DNA of 64,000 nucleotides, from NCBI GenBank assembly GCA_030704615.1, contig CM060732.1:23932001-23996000 (forward strand), written 5' to 3'. A program made the position numbers and the translations under genes. Each line of letters begins with the position of its first letter. Position 1 is the first letter of the stretch. Under the pieces are notes generated by a model. That model was given only the letters and a program-made list of their open reading frames with translations. It did no database searches and was not told the DNA's origin. The DNA comes from Takakia lepidozioides (lineage: Eukaryota > Plantae > Bryophyta). Of the stretch, positions 12,943 to 23,477 are shown piece by piece.

Positions 12943-13087
12943 CTCCCATACTCGGAGCAGGTGTATCCCCTCCCACTTGAACCTCTTGGCTCGTTTACAG
13001 GATCCGATCCCTCTCCTTGGCAGTCACATTGGCTGCCGTGTCTCCAGTACCGAGGTAGTCCAACACAGCTGAATCCTCATGTATATC

Positions 13088-14700
13088 TCAGGTACCACTT
13101 GGCTCATCACTAGCCTCAGGGTCCTCAGACACTTCGTCTACAGTCATCCTCGTTGTAGGTCCAACCTGACCTCCCAATGCCAAGATACACAAAAAGGCAA
13201 ATGCATGCCATCCCGACACCATCTCCTCGTCTGTCTCACCATGCCACCAAGCTCCAGTGTCATCCTGCTGGCTCGTGCATGGATTGCAACTCAATCCATC
13301 CGCATCCCGATTGACCAAACCCAGTCGATGCACAACCTGAAAGTCATACTCCTGGAGTATGAGTGCCCACTGTGCAAGCTTCCTCGTAAGCTTGTCTGAC
13401 TCCATCAACCACTTGAGTGGGTGGTGATCCGTGACAAGGGTGAAGAGATTGCCGTATAGATAGCGCCTGAAGTGTGCCACGACCCACACTGCAGCTAAGC
13501 ACTCTCCCTCATATGAGCTGTACTTCGCCTCTGCAGCATTGTTTGAGCGGCTAGCATAAGCCACTACGAACTCTCTTCCCTCATCATCCACCTATGTGAG
13601 CACCGCTCCAAGCCCCAACATGCTCCAATCCGTATGCAGCTGAAAAGGACGCCCCCTGATAGGTCGTCTCAGGATAGGCGCCGAGGTCAACCTCGCCTTG
13701 AGCTCTTGAAAAGCTCGTTCCTACTCATCTTCCCACTGCCACTCCTGGTCCACCTTGGTCAGCTTGGTTAGAGCCTTTGCAATGGCACTAAATCCCTTGA
13801 CAAACCGTTTATAATAGTTTGCCAACCCCATGAAAGCTCGAACTCGGCTCACATCCGTGGGGCGTGGAATTTGTGCAATGGCCTCTATCTTAGCCTGCTG
13901 TACCCCCAATCCTCCAGGATATATCATGTGACCCAGATACTCAATCTGGTTGTGGAAAAACTTGCACTTCCCCGGATGCAACTTCAATCCGTGCGCTCTC
14001 AAGCGCTCCAATACCACCTGAAGGTGTCTTTCAAACCTCCACCGTAGCACTAAAGATGATGATGTCATCTATGTAGCACCAAGCAAAGTCCACCCCTGCT
14101 AGAATCCTATCCATGACTCTCTGAAACTCTGCAGGAGCATTCTTAAGCCCAAATGGTAAGAACCACCAGTGATATAGACAATCCTTGCCGTGCTCATTGA
14201 TCCCCCAGAATGCCGTCTTCTGCTTGTCCGCCTCCTTGATCGGCAACTGGTGATATCCGGATCGTAAATCCAAAGTGCTAAAGACCTTAGCATGCCCGAT
14301 GACATCAAAGATCTCATCTGGTGTTGGCATGGCATACTTATCAGACTTGGTCTGACGATTTACAGGCCGGTAATCATCCACATACGTCTCTCCGTCCAAT
14401 TGCCATAGATATCATTCTTGGCTAGCATCATTGTGGCTGAAGCATACTCTCCACCAGAGAGCTCCACCAAACCAGCCTCCCAGAGATCTTGAGTCCTCAT
14501 CTGAATCAAAGACCTCTCAATGTCACTGTATCTATAGGGTCTCCGAAAGATTGGCGTGTCAGTGGCCAACTCAATACGAATCTCTTGACCTTTCAGTGCT
14601 CCCAAGTCCTTCAAACTGAAGGCAAAGCAATTCCTGTAAGCCCTCAGGAACCGCCGTATATGTCGTCTCTCTCCTCCGGTGACAATGGGTCCAATGTCAG
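13088..14700 (-). pseudogene. Gypsy reverse transcriptase and RNase H (frameshifts and stops)
   Basis: PIFRRPYRYS, DYRPVN, TLDLRSGYHQ, PFGLKNAPAEFQRVMD, CYIDDIIIFS, YLGH, RAFMGLANYY, LHTDWS, AYASRS, YEGECLA, VTDHHPLKWL. Confidence 0.93.
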
Positions 14701-15069
14701 GCTCCCAATTGTCCTCCGTAACTGCAACCTTAAGTCCAGTGGGCTTAGAGGTAGAGGACGCGTCCATTGGTTGCTACGTTGCAACCTCTTGAGCAGTACT
14801 CCCTACCTGCTTAGTAAGTGACAAGGCCTCATCCTGCCCCATCATCTCATCCTCAAGGACTTCCTCCGCCCGAGAAAAATCCCCAACCTCATCCATCACC
14901 GCCACCTTGGCTGCCAACTCACTCTGAACCTCGAGCACCTCCCACGTGTGCCATGGATGCCTACACCCCATGGTCCTCACATGCTCACCCCCACTCACTG
15001 CTTGTACTGTCTCGGTAGGCAGAGAGACCATCGAGGGAAGTGTACTCCGCACTTTGTGTTGCTCAGCCA

Positions 15070-16030
15070 TAGCCAAGCTAATAATCCAGGTCAAGCAATT
15101 GAGATCCATTGCTTGCCCCAACACCTGACAACGTGATGCCTTAGAAAGAGACGACACCGCCACGGTACCAGTGGTAAAACCCATCGCCCGCTCACGCTCG
15201 TCAGCATTAGGCTCCACTAACTGCTGCAACTGAGCATCCCACAGGAGGCCAGGTCCACTATCCCGGAAAGCATGCGATCCTAGGAAGCTGAGCAGTGTAG
15301 GTAATGCTGCTCGTGGTTGACCCACCCTGTTGACCACTGCCAAAGGCTAACGGTCATTGTGTCTCACACGCTGAGACTGCCTCCTTGTGTCCAAAATGCT
15401 ATCCACTGTGAGGTGTGCTGGCCGCTGCACCCCATCAAATGCACACTTGAGCAGTGCGGGTGGCATCAAGTTAGTCCACCATAGCCATGGACGATGAGCC
15501 CGTGATCCCATGGCAGCTACATCCAACAATACTACTGACCCAAGCCACGACCGGACTTGATGCACACTGGCCATCACCCTGGCCCGAGAATCGCCCATCA
15601 GTGGCACATTCTCCAAGATGTATGCTGGAGATACAGCTTGATGAAGCTGCAAGTGGCGCAAAACCCGCACCATCTCCCAAAACAGACCCGACCTCGAGTC
15701 TCGCAATCCATTGCCATGCCCGGTTGATGAATGCCCTTGGCAGGGCCAACCTGCCACTATCAGATCAATGGAGCCAACGCGCTCCAAATCCTACACCCCC
15801 AGCAACAAAATGTCTGCTGGCAAGGCCTGCTGATATTCACAAACTGCAAACACTGGCAACAATACAGGGTACTGCTACACCAACTGAGCAACATGGCAAA
15901 GTGAAACATGTCGTGTAGTCTCATCCCTCTCCACATACAGGTAACGCCGAACTCGCACACCTGCCTGTAACACAACAGCCAATCCAGTGCTAATCCCGCC
16001 AAACAAGTCCAGAAGACAAATGCCTTCATC
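15070..16030 (-). pseudogene. DNMT3-like C5 DNA cytosine methyltransferase domain within pol (three TAG stops)
   Basis: Motifs in canonical order: I LLDLFGGISTG, II YLYVE, IV AGWPCQGHS, V RSGLFWE, VI ILENV, VIII AHRPWLWWTNL, IX ERERAMGF, X LGQAMD. Same frame as the protease and the start of RT. Confidence 0.9.
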
Positions 16031-16429
16031 CGGATACTGCCACACAATAGGTATGGTGTCCAATGGAGACAACTGAGGTGGTCCTGGTGCAATCCCCACA
16101 CTCTCCTCCTCTCCTGATGGTACAAAAGCCTCTACCCAGGCTTGTTGCACCCGTCGATCAGCAACGTCCTGCTGCAAATCCTTGCTCGTGCCCCACAATG
16201 GAGTTTGAGCAATCATGGCAGGCAACTCTGCCATACCATGCATGTCATCCTGCTCTCCCGGAGGTGACACATCTTCTGAATGAGCGTTGCCCTCAAGCAA
16301 TTCTCCAGGCCAACTCACTGCAACTGTGAATGCCGCTAGTGTCGGCATCTTGCCTCGCTGGGCAACCGCAACTCCTCCTATGAATGTCACAGGGAGCTGC
16401 ACACGCCGGCCCTCCCCTGACTGCCATCC

Positions 16430-16790
16430 AGGCCTATAGGAAGCCGACTCCTCCCAAAAATCTAGGGTGAAGCCCATGGGGTACAACATTGCCCCACCAA
16501 CAAGGACATCGTACGAGACCGCGTCTGTCACAATGGCCTTGGCTCGCATCACTGAGCCATCTGTAGGGTGATCCGGCCGTAATATGATAGCCAACTCACG
16601 CCGTGTCATGCCTCAAGCCTGCTCCGATCCTCCCAGAGACGTATGTATCTAGAAAGGACAAGGCTCCATATCCGCCTTTGTGAGGCCCAAGCTTGCAATA
16701 GCAGCTCTGCCTAGCATCAATGGCTGAGCTCCCGAGTCCAACAAGACCCGCAGTGGCCGGTACCTCTTGCCTGCCGGTCCACTCAAACAG
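16430..16790 (-). pseudogene. Retropepsin-like aspartic protease domain
   Basis: RVLLDSGAQPLMLG ... YDVLVGGAMLYPMGFTLDF. Confidence 0.85.
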
Positions 16791-17449
16791 AAAATGTCAT
16801 CTTGGTTGTCTAACATGACAATTTCAGGTGTTACCATGGCGCGCTCAATGGCTGGCCTAGCTGACAGCTCCATCAACCTGGCAGCTGCAGCTTGCCATGG
16901 CACCGCCGTGGCAATCTTGACCCTAAAATCCAAGGATCCCTTTGGCACTACACCTCCCACTATCTCCGCAGAAGATGAAGTAACCTCCCTACTCTCACAG
17001 AGTGTAGCTGCCAGTCTGAACACCTCAGTTGGTCTTACCCCCGGCGTCGCAATCATGGTAGCCAAGAACAATGGAGCCTGGCACACAGATGTGGCTGCTC
17101 CCAGCAGCACACTAGCTACCGTAGCCTTGGCAACACTAGGTAGTGGTGCTACCCGTGTAGCTCTCCCCAATGGCATAGTAACCTCCGCCTGGGTAACAGT
17201 CAGGCGAGAACTAGGTGCCATGGATGGCGTCGACACTGTCTCCGCCAATGTGAATGACTGAGGAAGCCTAGCCTGACGGCTTGCCTCCCCACGCTGTGGA
17301 TCCAACTCCACCTCTGTACCTCGTGGCTCAGAAACTCGTGATGCTCCTCGAGTCACGGCTGCAGCAAACTCCATCTGCACTGATGGTAGTGCTGCTCCGC
17401 ACATGAATCCCATGCCTCCCATATCTCCTCCCTCAGGAATAGGAGGTGG

Positions 17450-18760
17450 ACCATCCGGCCTTGGAGCCGGTACACCTGAGCTGTAGCCATGGCAGCGAGC
17501 CTCTGCTCTAGCTGCTGAAGCCGGTTGGCCATGCCTTGGTCACCACCCTGGCCTCCGCGTCCTTGGCCATGTTGAGCTTGCTCTTGGCTTGCACCTTGTG
17601 CCTGGCCACCTCGTCCTCTCTGGGCTGCTCCACCTCGCCCCCGGCCACCATTGTTCCCTTGGAACTGGCCTGGGCGTAACTCAAGATGCAAACCATAGCA
17701 CTAGGCTTCTCCATGCCCGTACTTGCCACAATGCCCACACTGCAACTGTGCAGGCTGTGCCGGTGCCAAACCATTGCCTCCCTCTGGGCAATCCTTCTTG
17801 ACATGGGGTCCTCCACATGTCCAGCACACCACATCCGCTCGTTGTCGGCCAGCAAATGAAGGGAGAGACCCCTGCATCTGAGGTCCTCTCTACCCTTCCC
17901 TCAGCTTCACCTGAGCCCCCTTGTTGCCTTGAGCACGTTGAGGTAGTGGCTGGCTAGGATCACCACTACCCCATGGTGCCTCCTTAGCAAATCCCACCAT
18001 GACCACTCGTTCCTCCACCATGTTGAGCTCTATCCGCTCTGCCAGCAAAAACACATTTGCTAAGGTGGGTTGGGCCGCTTGTAGGAGAATTGCATCCTGC
18101 ACCCTTCTCCTCAGCTCCTTGTTCAATATCCTATACCAAAATTGGACTGCCTGAGCCTCCGTAACCCCTTGGGTTACATTAATCAAGCGCCTCATGCGAG
18201 TGAAAGCCTCCCTCAAGCTCTTAGTAGGCTTCCGTTGGAACTCTTGCAAGCTCCTCAACTTCTCTGTCCTCACCCCTTGGTAGTTCCTTCTCAACTCTTC
18301 GAAGAACTCCACAACAGGGTTGAAGGCAGGCACCGCCATTGGTGCTAGTGCAGCAGTAGCTTGGGTGGACGTTGGAGCTACGGTACCACCAGTCCCACCA
18401 GTCCCACTGCTGCTTGCTGAAGCTGCCGGTGCAGCGGCAGGTGTAGCCACTGCCCTCGTGGCTCTAGTGCCCCTAGTGATGGAGACATAGTCGGGTGACC
18501 AATACATCCTTCACTCCTCGATCTCAACCTCATGCCCCCGCCTGAACTCATGGTAATCATCCATAGGCAGCCCCTCAAGGTGCTGAAACAGTCCCTTCCA
18601 TGCCATGAAATGCGTAAATAGTTGTGGATTGCGCATTTGTTGCAAATCACACCAACTATCAAACTCTTGGATAAAATCATCCAACTCGATGGTTCCCACC
18701 GCCCAGAGTACCTTCGTGGCCCCTTGGTAGCTCCATACATCTCCTCCATTGTGTCCCACA
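17450..18760 (-). pseudogene. Gag (capsid-like region plus two zinc knuckles)
   Basis: ELDDFIQEFDSW, EFFEELRRNYQG...LQEFQRKPTKSLREAFTRMRRL; knuckles CGACGGPHVKKDC and CGHCGKYGHGEA*C. Confidence 0.8.
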
Positions 18761-19588
18761 ACAATGGCAAGAAAACAACTTGCACCGCCGGTGTGAGTCC
18801 TCCTGATTCACAATCCGAATCAGAACCTTCCGTAGAAGACACAGGAGGTGAAGGTGGCCTAAACCGCACACCTCGTCTCGTGTACCCACTAGTATCGCTA
18901 GTGCTCGAACCGGCACTGGCACATCCGTGTTGACAAACTGTCACTCAACCGGTCATGAACATGTCCCTAACCCCCTCTCCACAAGGTAACCGGGTAGAGA
19001 ACCTGTTGCGGCTTATGGTTTGGAATACTAGGTTCCTAACATAGCCTACACTTGCACCTGCACCTGCATCCACCGCAAGCACTCCTATGGTTGGCTGGTC
19101 ATCACCTCCAACCTCACCACAGGAGAAACAATGATGGCTTGACTGGTCATCACCCCAGCCTCACCATCAACAGCATGCTCTAGGACTAGCCGGTGATCAA
19201 ATCCGGACCAATCACCTATAAAAACAAGCGCCCATACAAAACTAACATGGCGCACAGTCAAGCATGCAGGTATGGAGGAGATCCAAACACAAGAAATCAG
19301 AACGACAACTCCCCCACACCAAAAACAACTCCACAGTGTTGCTCCTGCAAGGACACCCCAGCCCAAACCCGGACTGACTCTTGCCTCCACCTACGGAAAG
19401 GTCTTGGCCTAATGAGAGGGTGGAAAACTACAAGGAAGAGAAGCTAAAGCAATGCCTAACCCCAGCATGCCCTCATCCCAACACTCTTCATCTCCTCTCT
19501 TCCCTCACTTGCATGACCATGGGAATATCATGAAGATACTCCTCAAACCGCCCTCCACGAGCGTCAAAATTCGGCCTTCAAAACCACA

Positions 19589-21734
19589 TGTCAGTCCTTA
19601 GGCAGTCCACTAGTGCCTCCACGAGTCAGCACAGGCCGTCCACAGGTCAACACGGGCCACCACAGACCAGCACAGGCCCACACAGGCCACAGCCCCACAT
19701 CCCATCACAGCCCCAAAAGCCACAGGTTACAGCCTGTCACAGCCCTACACAGGTCACAGGGTCACAGCCCCACAGGCCACAGCCTGTCACAGCCCGTCAC
19801 AGCCCCAAAGGCCACATATCACAGCCCCCAAGGCCACAGCCTGTCACAGCCCTACACAGGTCACAGGGGTCACAGCCCCATAGGCCACAGCCTGTCACAG
19901 CCCTACCCAGGTCATAGGGGTCACAGCCCCAAAGGCCACAGTCACAGCCCATCACAGCCTATCACAGCCCGTCACAGCCCCACAGGCCACAGGGCACAGC
20001 TTGTCACAACCCATCACAGCCTGTCACAGCCCGTCACAGCCCCACAGGCCACATGGCACAGCCTGTCACAGCCCCATCTATGGCCACTCATGGCAGTTTA
20101 GCCATTTCTCCAAGGGGTTTAGCCACGCCAAGCTAGGGTTTGTGTCTCTTGGGCTCTAGGCTTCTTTGCATTGAGCTATGGCGGCTGTGAGGAAATCAGC
20201 AAGGTATTCTTGCTCTTTGTGGCCCCCACACACCACCAATAGTAGCTCTAATTCCAAAGGAAGATGTTTGCAACCGAAACTAAGTGCACAAGCTTCCTCT
20301 TAACTCACAAAACAACGCCATTGATCCCTATGACGACTAACCAAACATGGCTGACTTCATTCACGTGCTTTTCTTGACCACATAGGCCCTACAAGTGCTT
20401 TTATTTCACCCCAAGTGGAAACCAGCCCTAGCTCTTCCGTTCTAGCTCTCTAAAGCTTGAAAACAAGAGACTCAATGGGCTGAAGGCATGCTCCACACAT
20501 GCCCCACTCTCACCATAAGAGAATTAGCTCCTTTGCTTCATTTCTTACACCCACAAACCTGAAAATACAAGCTTCAGCGGGCTGAAAGCATGCTCCATAC
20601 ATGCCCTACAGGGAAACCAGCCCCTTCCTTCCTTTCTTGCACTCCCAAACCTGAAAGTACAAGCCTTCAACAGGCTGAAAGCATGTTCCACACATGCATT
20701 GCCCTCACATAAGGGAAGTCATCCCTTCCCTCTTCCTTGCTTGCCCTCCAAGCTTGAACATGGAAGCTTCAATGAGCTGAATACATGCTCCACACATGCA
20801 ACCTCTTCACACATTAGGTATCAGCCCCCTATCTTGGCTCCTTGGCTCCTTGGCTCCTTGATGCTCTCTAAGACAAGACTAAGCACTCCACAGCCTTTGC
20901 CAAGCTCCTGAAACCCTAAGGCTTACATTTCTAGCCACAAGACACTCCTCTTATGGTGCAAGAGCTCTTCTTCCAAACCCTAGGTACACATTCCATGGCC
21001 TTGCCGCACCTCTTAGCTCCTGTTCCAACCCTGCTCTTGCCATGACAAGAGCCCTATCAATGCTGAAGCTCAAGATTGAAACCCAATCTCAACATACTCC
21101 ACAAAGTGCACTAATTTGCCCGAAGCCAAATCAGCCCTTTTGCTTGGTCTTGCAATCCTTCACACAATGAAAGCTCGCATTCCCAAGTCCAGTTCTCAGC
21201 TTTGCCACCAAAACCACTCTAACCTGCTCTTGACTGGTCCTCTTTCCAATCGTGCTTGCTCATGCATGTACACAATCTGAAACCATCAAGGTGCTCTGGA
21301 ATTACCTGCAGCATGGTGCTTTCATCTTTGAAGCTGAAGATCGAATGCCAAGGTCTACCACCTCGTAACCCACATCGCCTCCGCTTCTAACAACCAAGAG
21401 CTCCACGGTGCTCCTTGCATAACAACCTGGTTTCTCTCATTCTCAAGCAAAAACCACAAGTGCTACAACTAACTCATATCGAGCTCATCTTTCTCGAGTG
21501 ATAAAGATGAAGAATACAAGCACGAGCTCACAAAGCTGAAGCATAAACTTATGCATATATAACCTCATCACTCAAATACAAGTCAAGCCAAGTGCACCCC
21601 ACGCCATGGGGAATCCACACTACGGCGCCATAGCTAGGCGCGGTGAGGCTTAACTCGAGAAAGATGAGCCTCCCGCACTTGCCGTGAAGATAACCACTCC
21701 AGGGCCTAAATCTGCCTTGACCCCTGGATTGACA
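19589..21734 (-). repeat. Putative 5' LTR (~2.15 kb) of the Gypsy-DNMT element
   Basis: On minus strand starts TGTCAATCC and ends GGACTGACA (8/9 inverted match, TG...CA). Followed after 2 nt by TGG (PBS position). TATA-like TATATA near 21555. No second LTR in the window to confirm. Confidence 0.6.
19610..20090. repeat. Tandem minisatellite inside the LTR (CACAGCC(T/C)GTCACAGCCC / CACAGGCCACAG units)
   Basis: Directly visible reiterated units; explains the low-complexity ORFs at 19588-20101. Confidence 0.9.
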
Positions 21735-22439
21735 CTTGGGCCAATCCCAAATGTCAATATGTAAAAGCTAGCTATTTCCTAGCTAGTTTCACACTAGTGG
21801 TGAAATAACTTGACAGATCCCATGTAAAAGGCAATAAAAATCCCACTGAATTGTATTCAAGATAGGGATGGAATTGGAATATACACATGATGATTTCGAC
21901 ATATCTTGAATTCTTTGGAAATTGTTATCATATTCTTGAAAAGAAGCCACTGCCTCTGGATACTACTGAGGGAATGTCTGCCCCAAACATCCAAAAAATC
22001 AAATCGGCGAAAGGCCAACCGCCGACGCTTAAGCGGCTGTCCGAATAGAAGTGGCAGCCTACATTCTAGGCCAAGTGGTAAATGGCATGGGCCCCACTTG
22101 GGTGCCACCTGCCGCAATGTGGGCACATAGTTCTCGAAACTTCTAAAGTCCAGAATGTTCTAGAGGGGTCCCTTAGAACACACTTGCCTAGCCGCTTGCC
22201 ATTCTAGCGCAGGCTGGAGAGCACACGCTGTATGAGGAGCACTGTACCGGAGGGGGAGTCTATCACGCGAGGACCGTGTAGGTGAGGATGGAGGCAATGA
22301 AAGCATTGACAATCAAGACGTGTACATTCCTATGCACTATGACTTGTAAATCCATATGTCTATATTGATTGATGACTGTCTCTGAATTTTATACACAAAA
22401 TTAGCTTGCTATCGGATTAAGTTGGTTTCGTTCTGAACT

Positions 22440-22640
22440 CTACTCCGCAATCCAAGTTTACGGGCGCAAGAATTGCTTCTTCTGGGGTGCGGCCCAATCT
22501 TATCCCTTTTCATTTGGGTGATGTCCCACCTTGCCTCATGGCCAGGTCACTTTGAAAGTGAGTATTGTCCTCTCACTATAATTAATGGCTCTAATTTGTG
22601 AGCAGCCTCTAGGTGTTTCCTGTTTTTAGTAATTAAAGAA
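22440..22640 (+). mobile_element. Degenerate SINE (family A-related)
   Basis: TGAAAG.G..TATT.TCCTCTCACTATAATTAA.GG..CT.ATTTGTGAGC tail shared with other copies. Confidence 0.5.
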
Positions 22641-22714
22641 AGGTGTAAGGGCCTCCAAAGACAAAATAACTTGGTGAGATGGCGAAAGAAAGATAAGATA
22701 GGACCTGTCCAAGT

Positions 22715-22940
22715 TGATTTATTATTTGTTTAAAAAAAATTGTAGCTCAGAAATCAGGCCCCTTAATTATAGTGAGAGGGAAAAATAACCTCTTTCACAG
22801 TAACCTTGCCGTGAAGGCTTTGGCATGGGACACCGCCCAAGGGAAGGAAGGGGGAGAAGAACATACCACAACCATCAAGGTAGCAAGATTTGACCTCATC
22901 ATCTAGGTGGCACCAAGGGCACTATCCAACTGAGCTATCA
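22715..22940 (-). mobile_element. tRNA-derived SINE (family A-related)
   Basis: Minus-strand head GATAGCTCAGTTGGATAGTGC (A-box), degenerate B-box AGGTCAAATC, shared tail and A-rich end. Confidence 0.65.
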
Positions 22941-23115
22941 ACTGTTGGTAAGTTGAAATTTTGGCTAGATGTGAACCTTGCCTGCATAAAACAGATCTCA
23001 AGTTAACTGTAAACATAAAAGCTAAGGGTCTACAATCTAAAGAAGCTTGCAATGGAAAACCCCATTTGTGGACGCCTCTCATTTTAAGATAATAGGGTCT
23101 TCAATGTGCGCGTGC

Positions 23116-23477
23116 GATGTGGCCGGTGGGCCCCGCGCACGGACGCCAGGCTCCCCAGCACCCCTCCCGCCCCGCCCGCCGCTGCGCGCGGTCGCCCAGC
23201 CGCGGGCGCGGCTGCAGCAACCGCACCCGCGCCCCCGTCTGCCGCGCGGCCAGTCCCCCGCCCATGAGTCCGCTGCCCTGCAGTCTGCCAGTCCGCTGCT
23301 GGCCAGTCTGCTGCCCAGCAGTCTGCCAGTCCGCCAGTCTGCCCGCTAGTCCGGTGCTGGCCAGTCCGCTGCCCAGCAGTCTGCCAGCCCGCCAGTCTGC
23401 CCGCCAGTCCGCTGACGGCGCAAGATCGCCACCGTCCATTCCCATAACCCATCCGAGCCCTCCATTTTTAGGGCTGC
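23116..23477 (+). repeat. GC-rich subterminal block, copy 1
   Basis: GATGTGGCCGGTGGGCCCCGC...CCATTTTTAGGGCTGC, directly repeated at 29433-29725. Confidence 0.9.

Larger units (their letters stand above)
12943..21734 (-). mobile_element. Ty3/Gypsy LTR retrotransposon carrying a DNA cytosine methyltransferase; integrase and 3' LTR cut off at the CACTA end
   Basis: Order on minus strand: LTR, gag (two CCHC knuckles), aspartic protease, C5-MTase, RT, RNase H. Truncated at 12943. Confidence 0.92.

Noticed and set aside
15070-16030. Host DRM/DNMT3 gene or bacterial contaminant MTase
   Set aside because: Intronless, in frame with retroelement protease and RT, motif order not permuted as in DRM, and shares the element's decay pattern.
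19588-20101. Pro/Gln/His/Ser-rich ORFs on + strand; possible CRISPR-like array
   Set aside because: Translations of a minisatellite in the LTR; no unique spacers, eukaryotic context.
21622-21634. TGGCGCCGTAG as the Gypsy primer-binding site
   Set aside because: Not preceded by a CA LTR end and lies inside the better-supported LTR bounded by TGTCA...TGACA; cannot be fully excluded.
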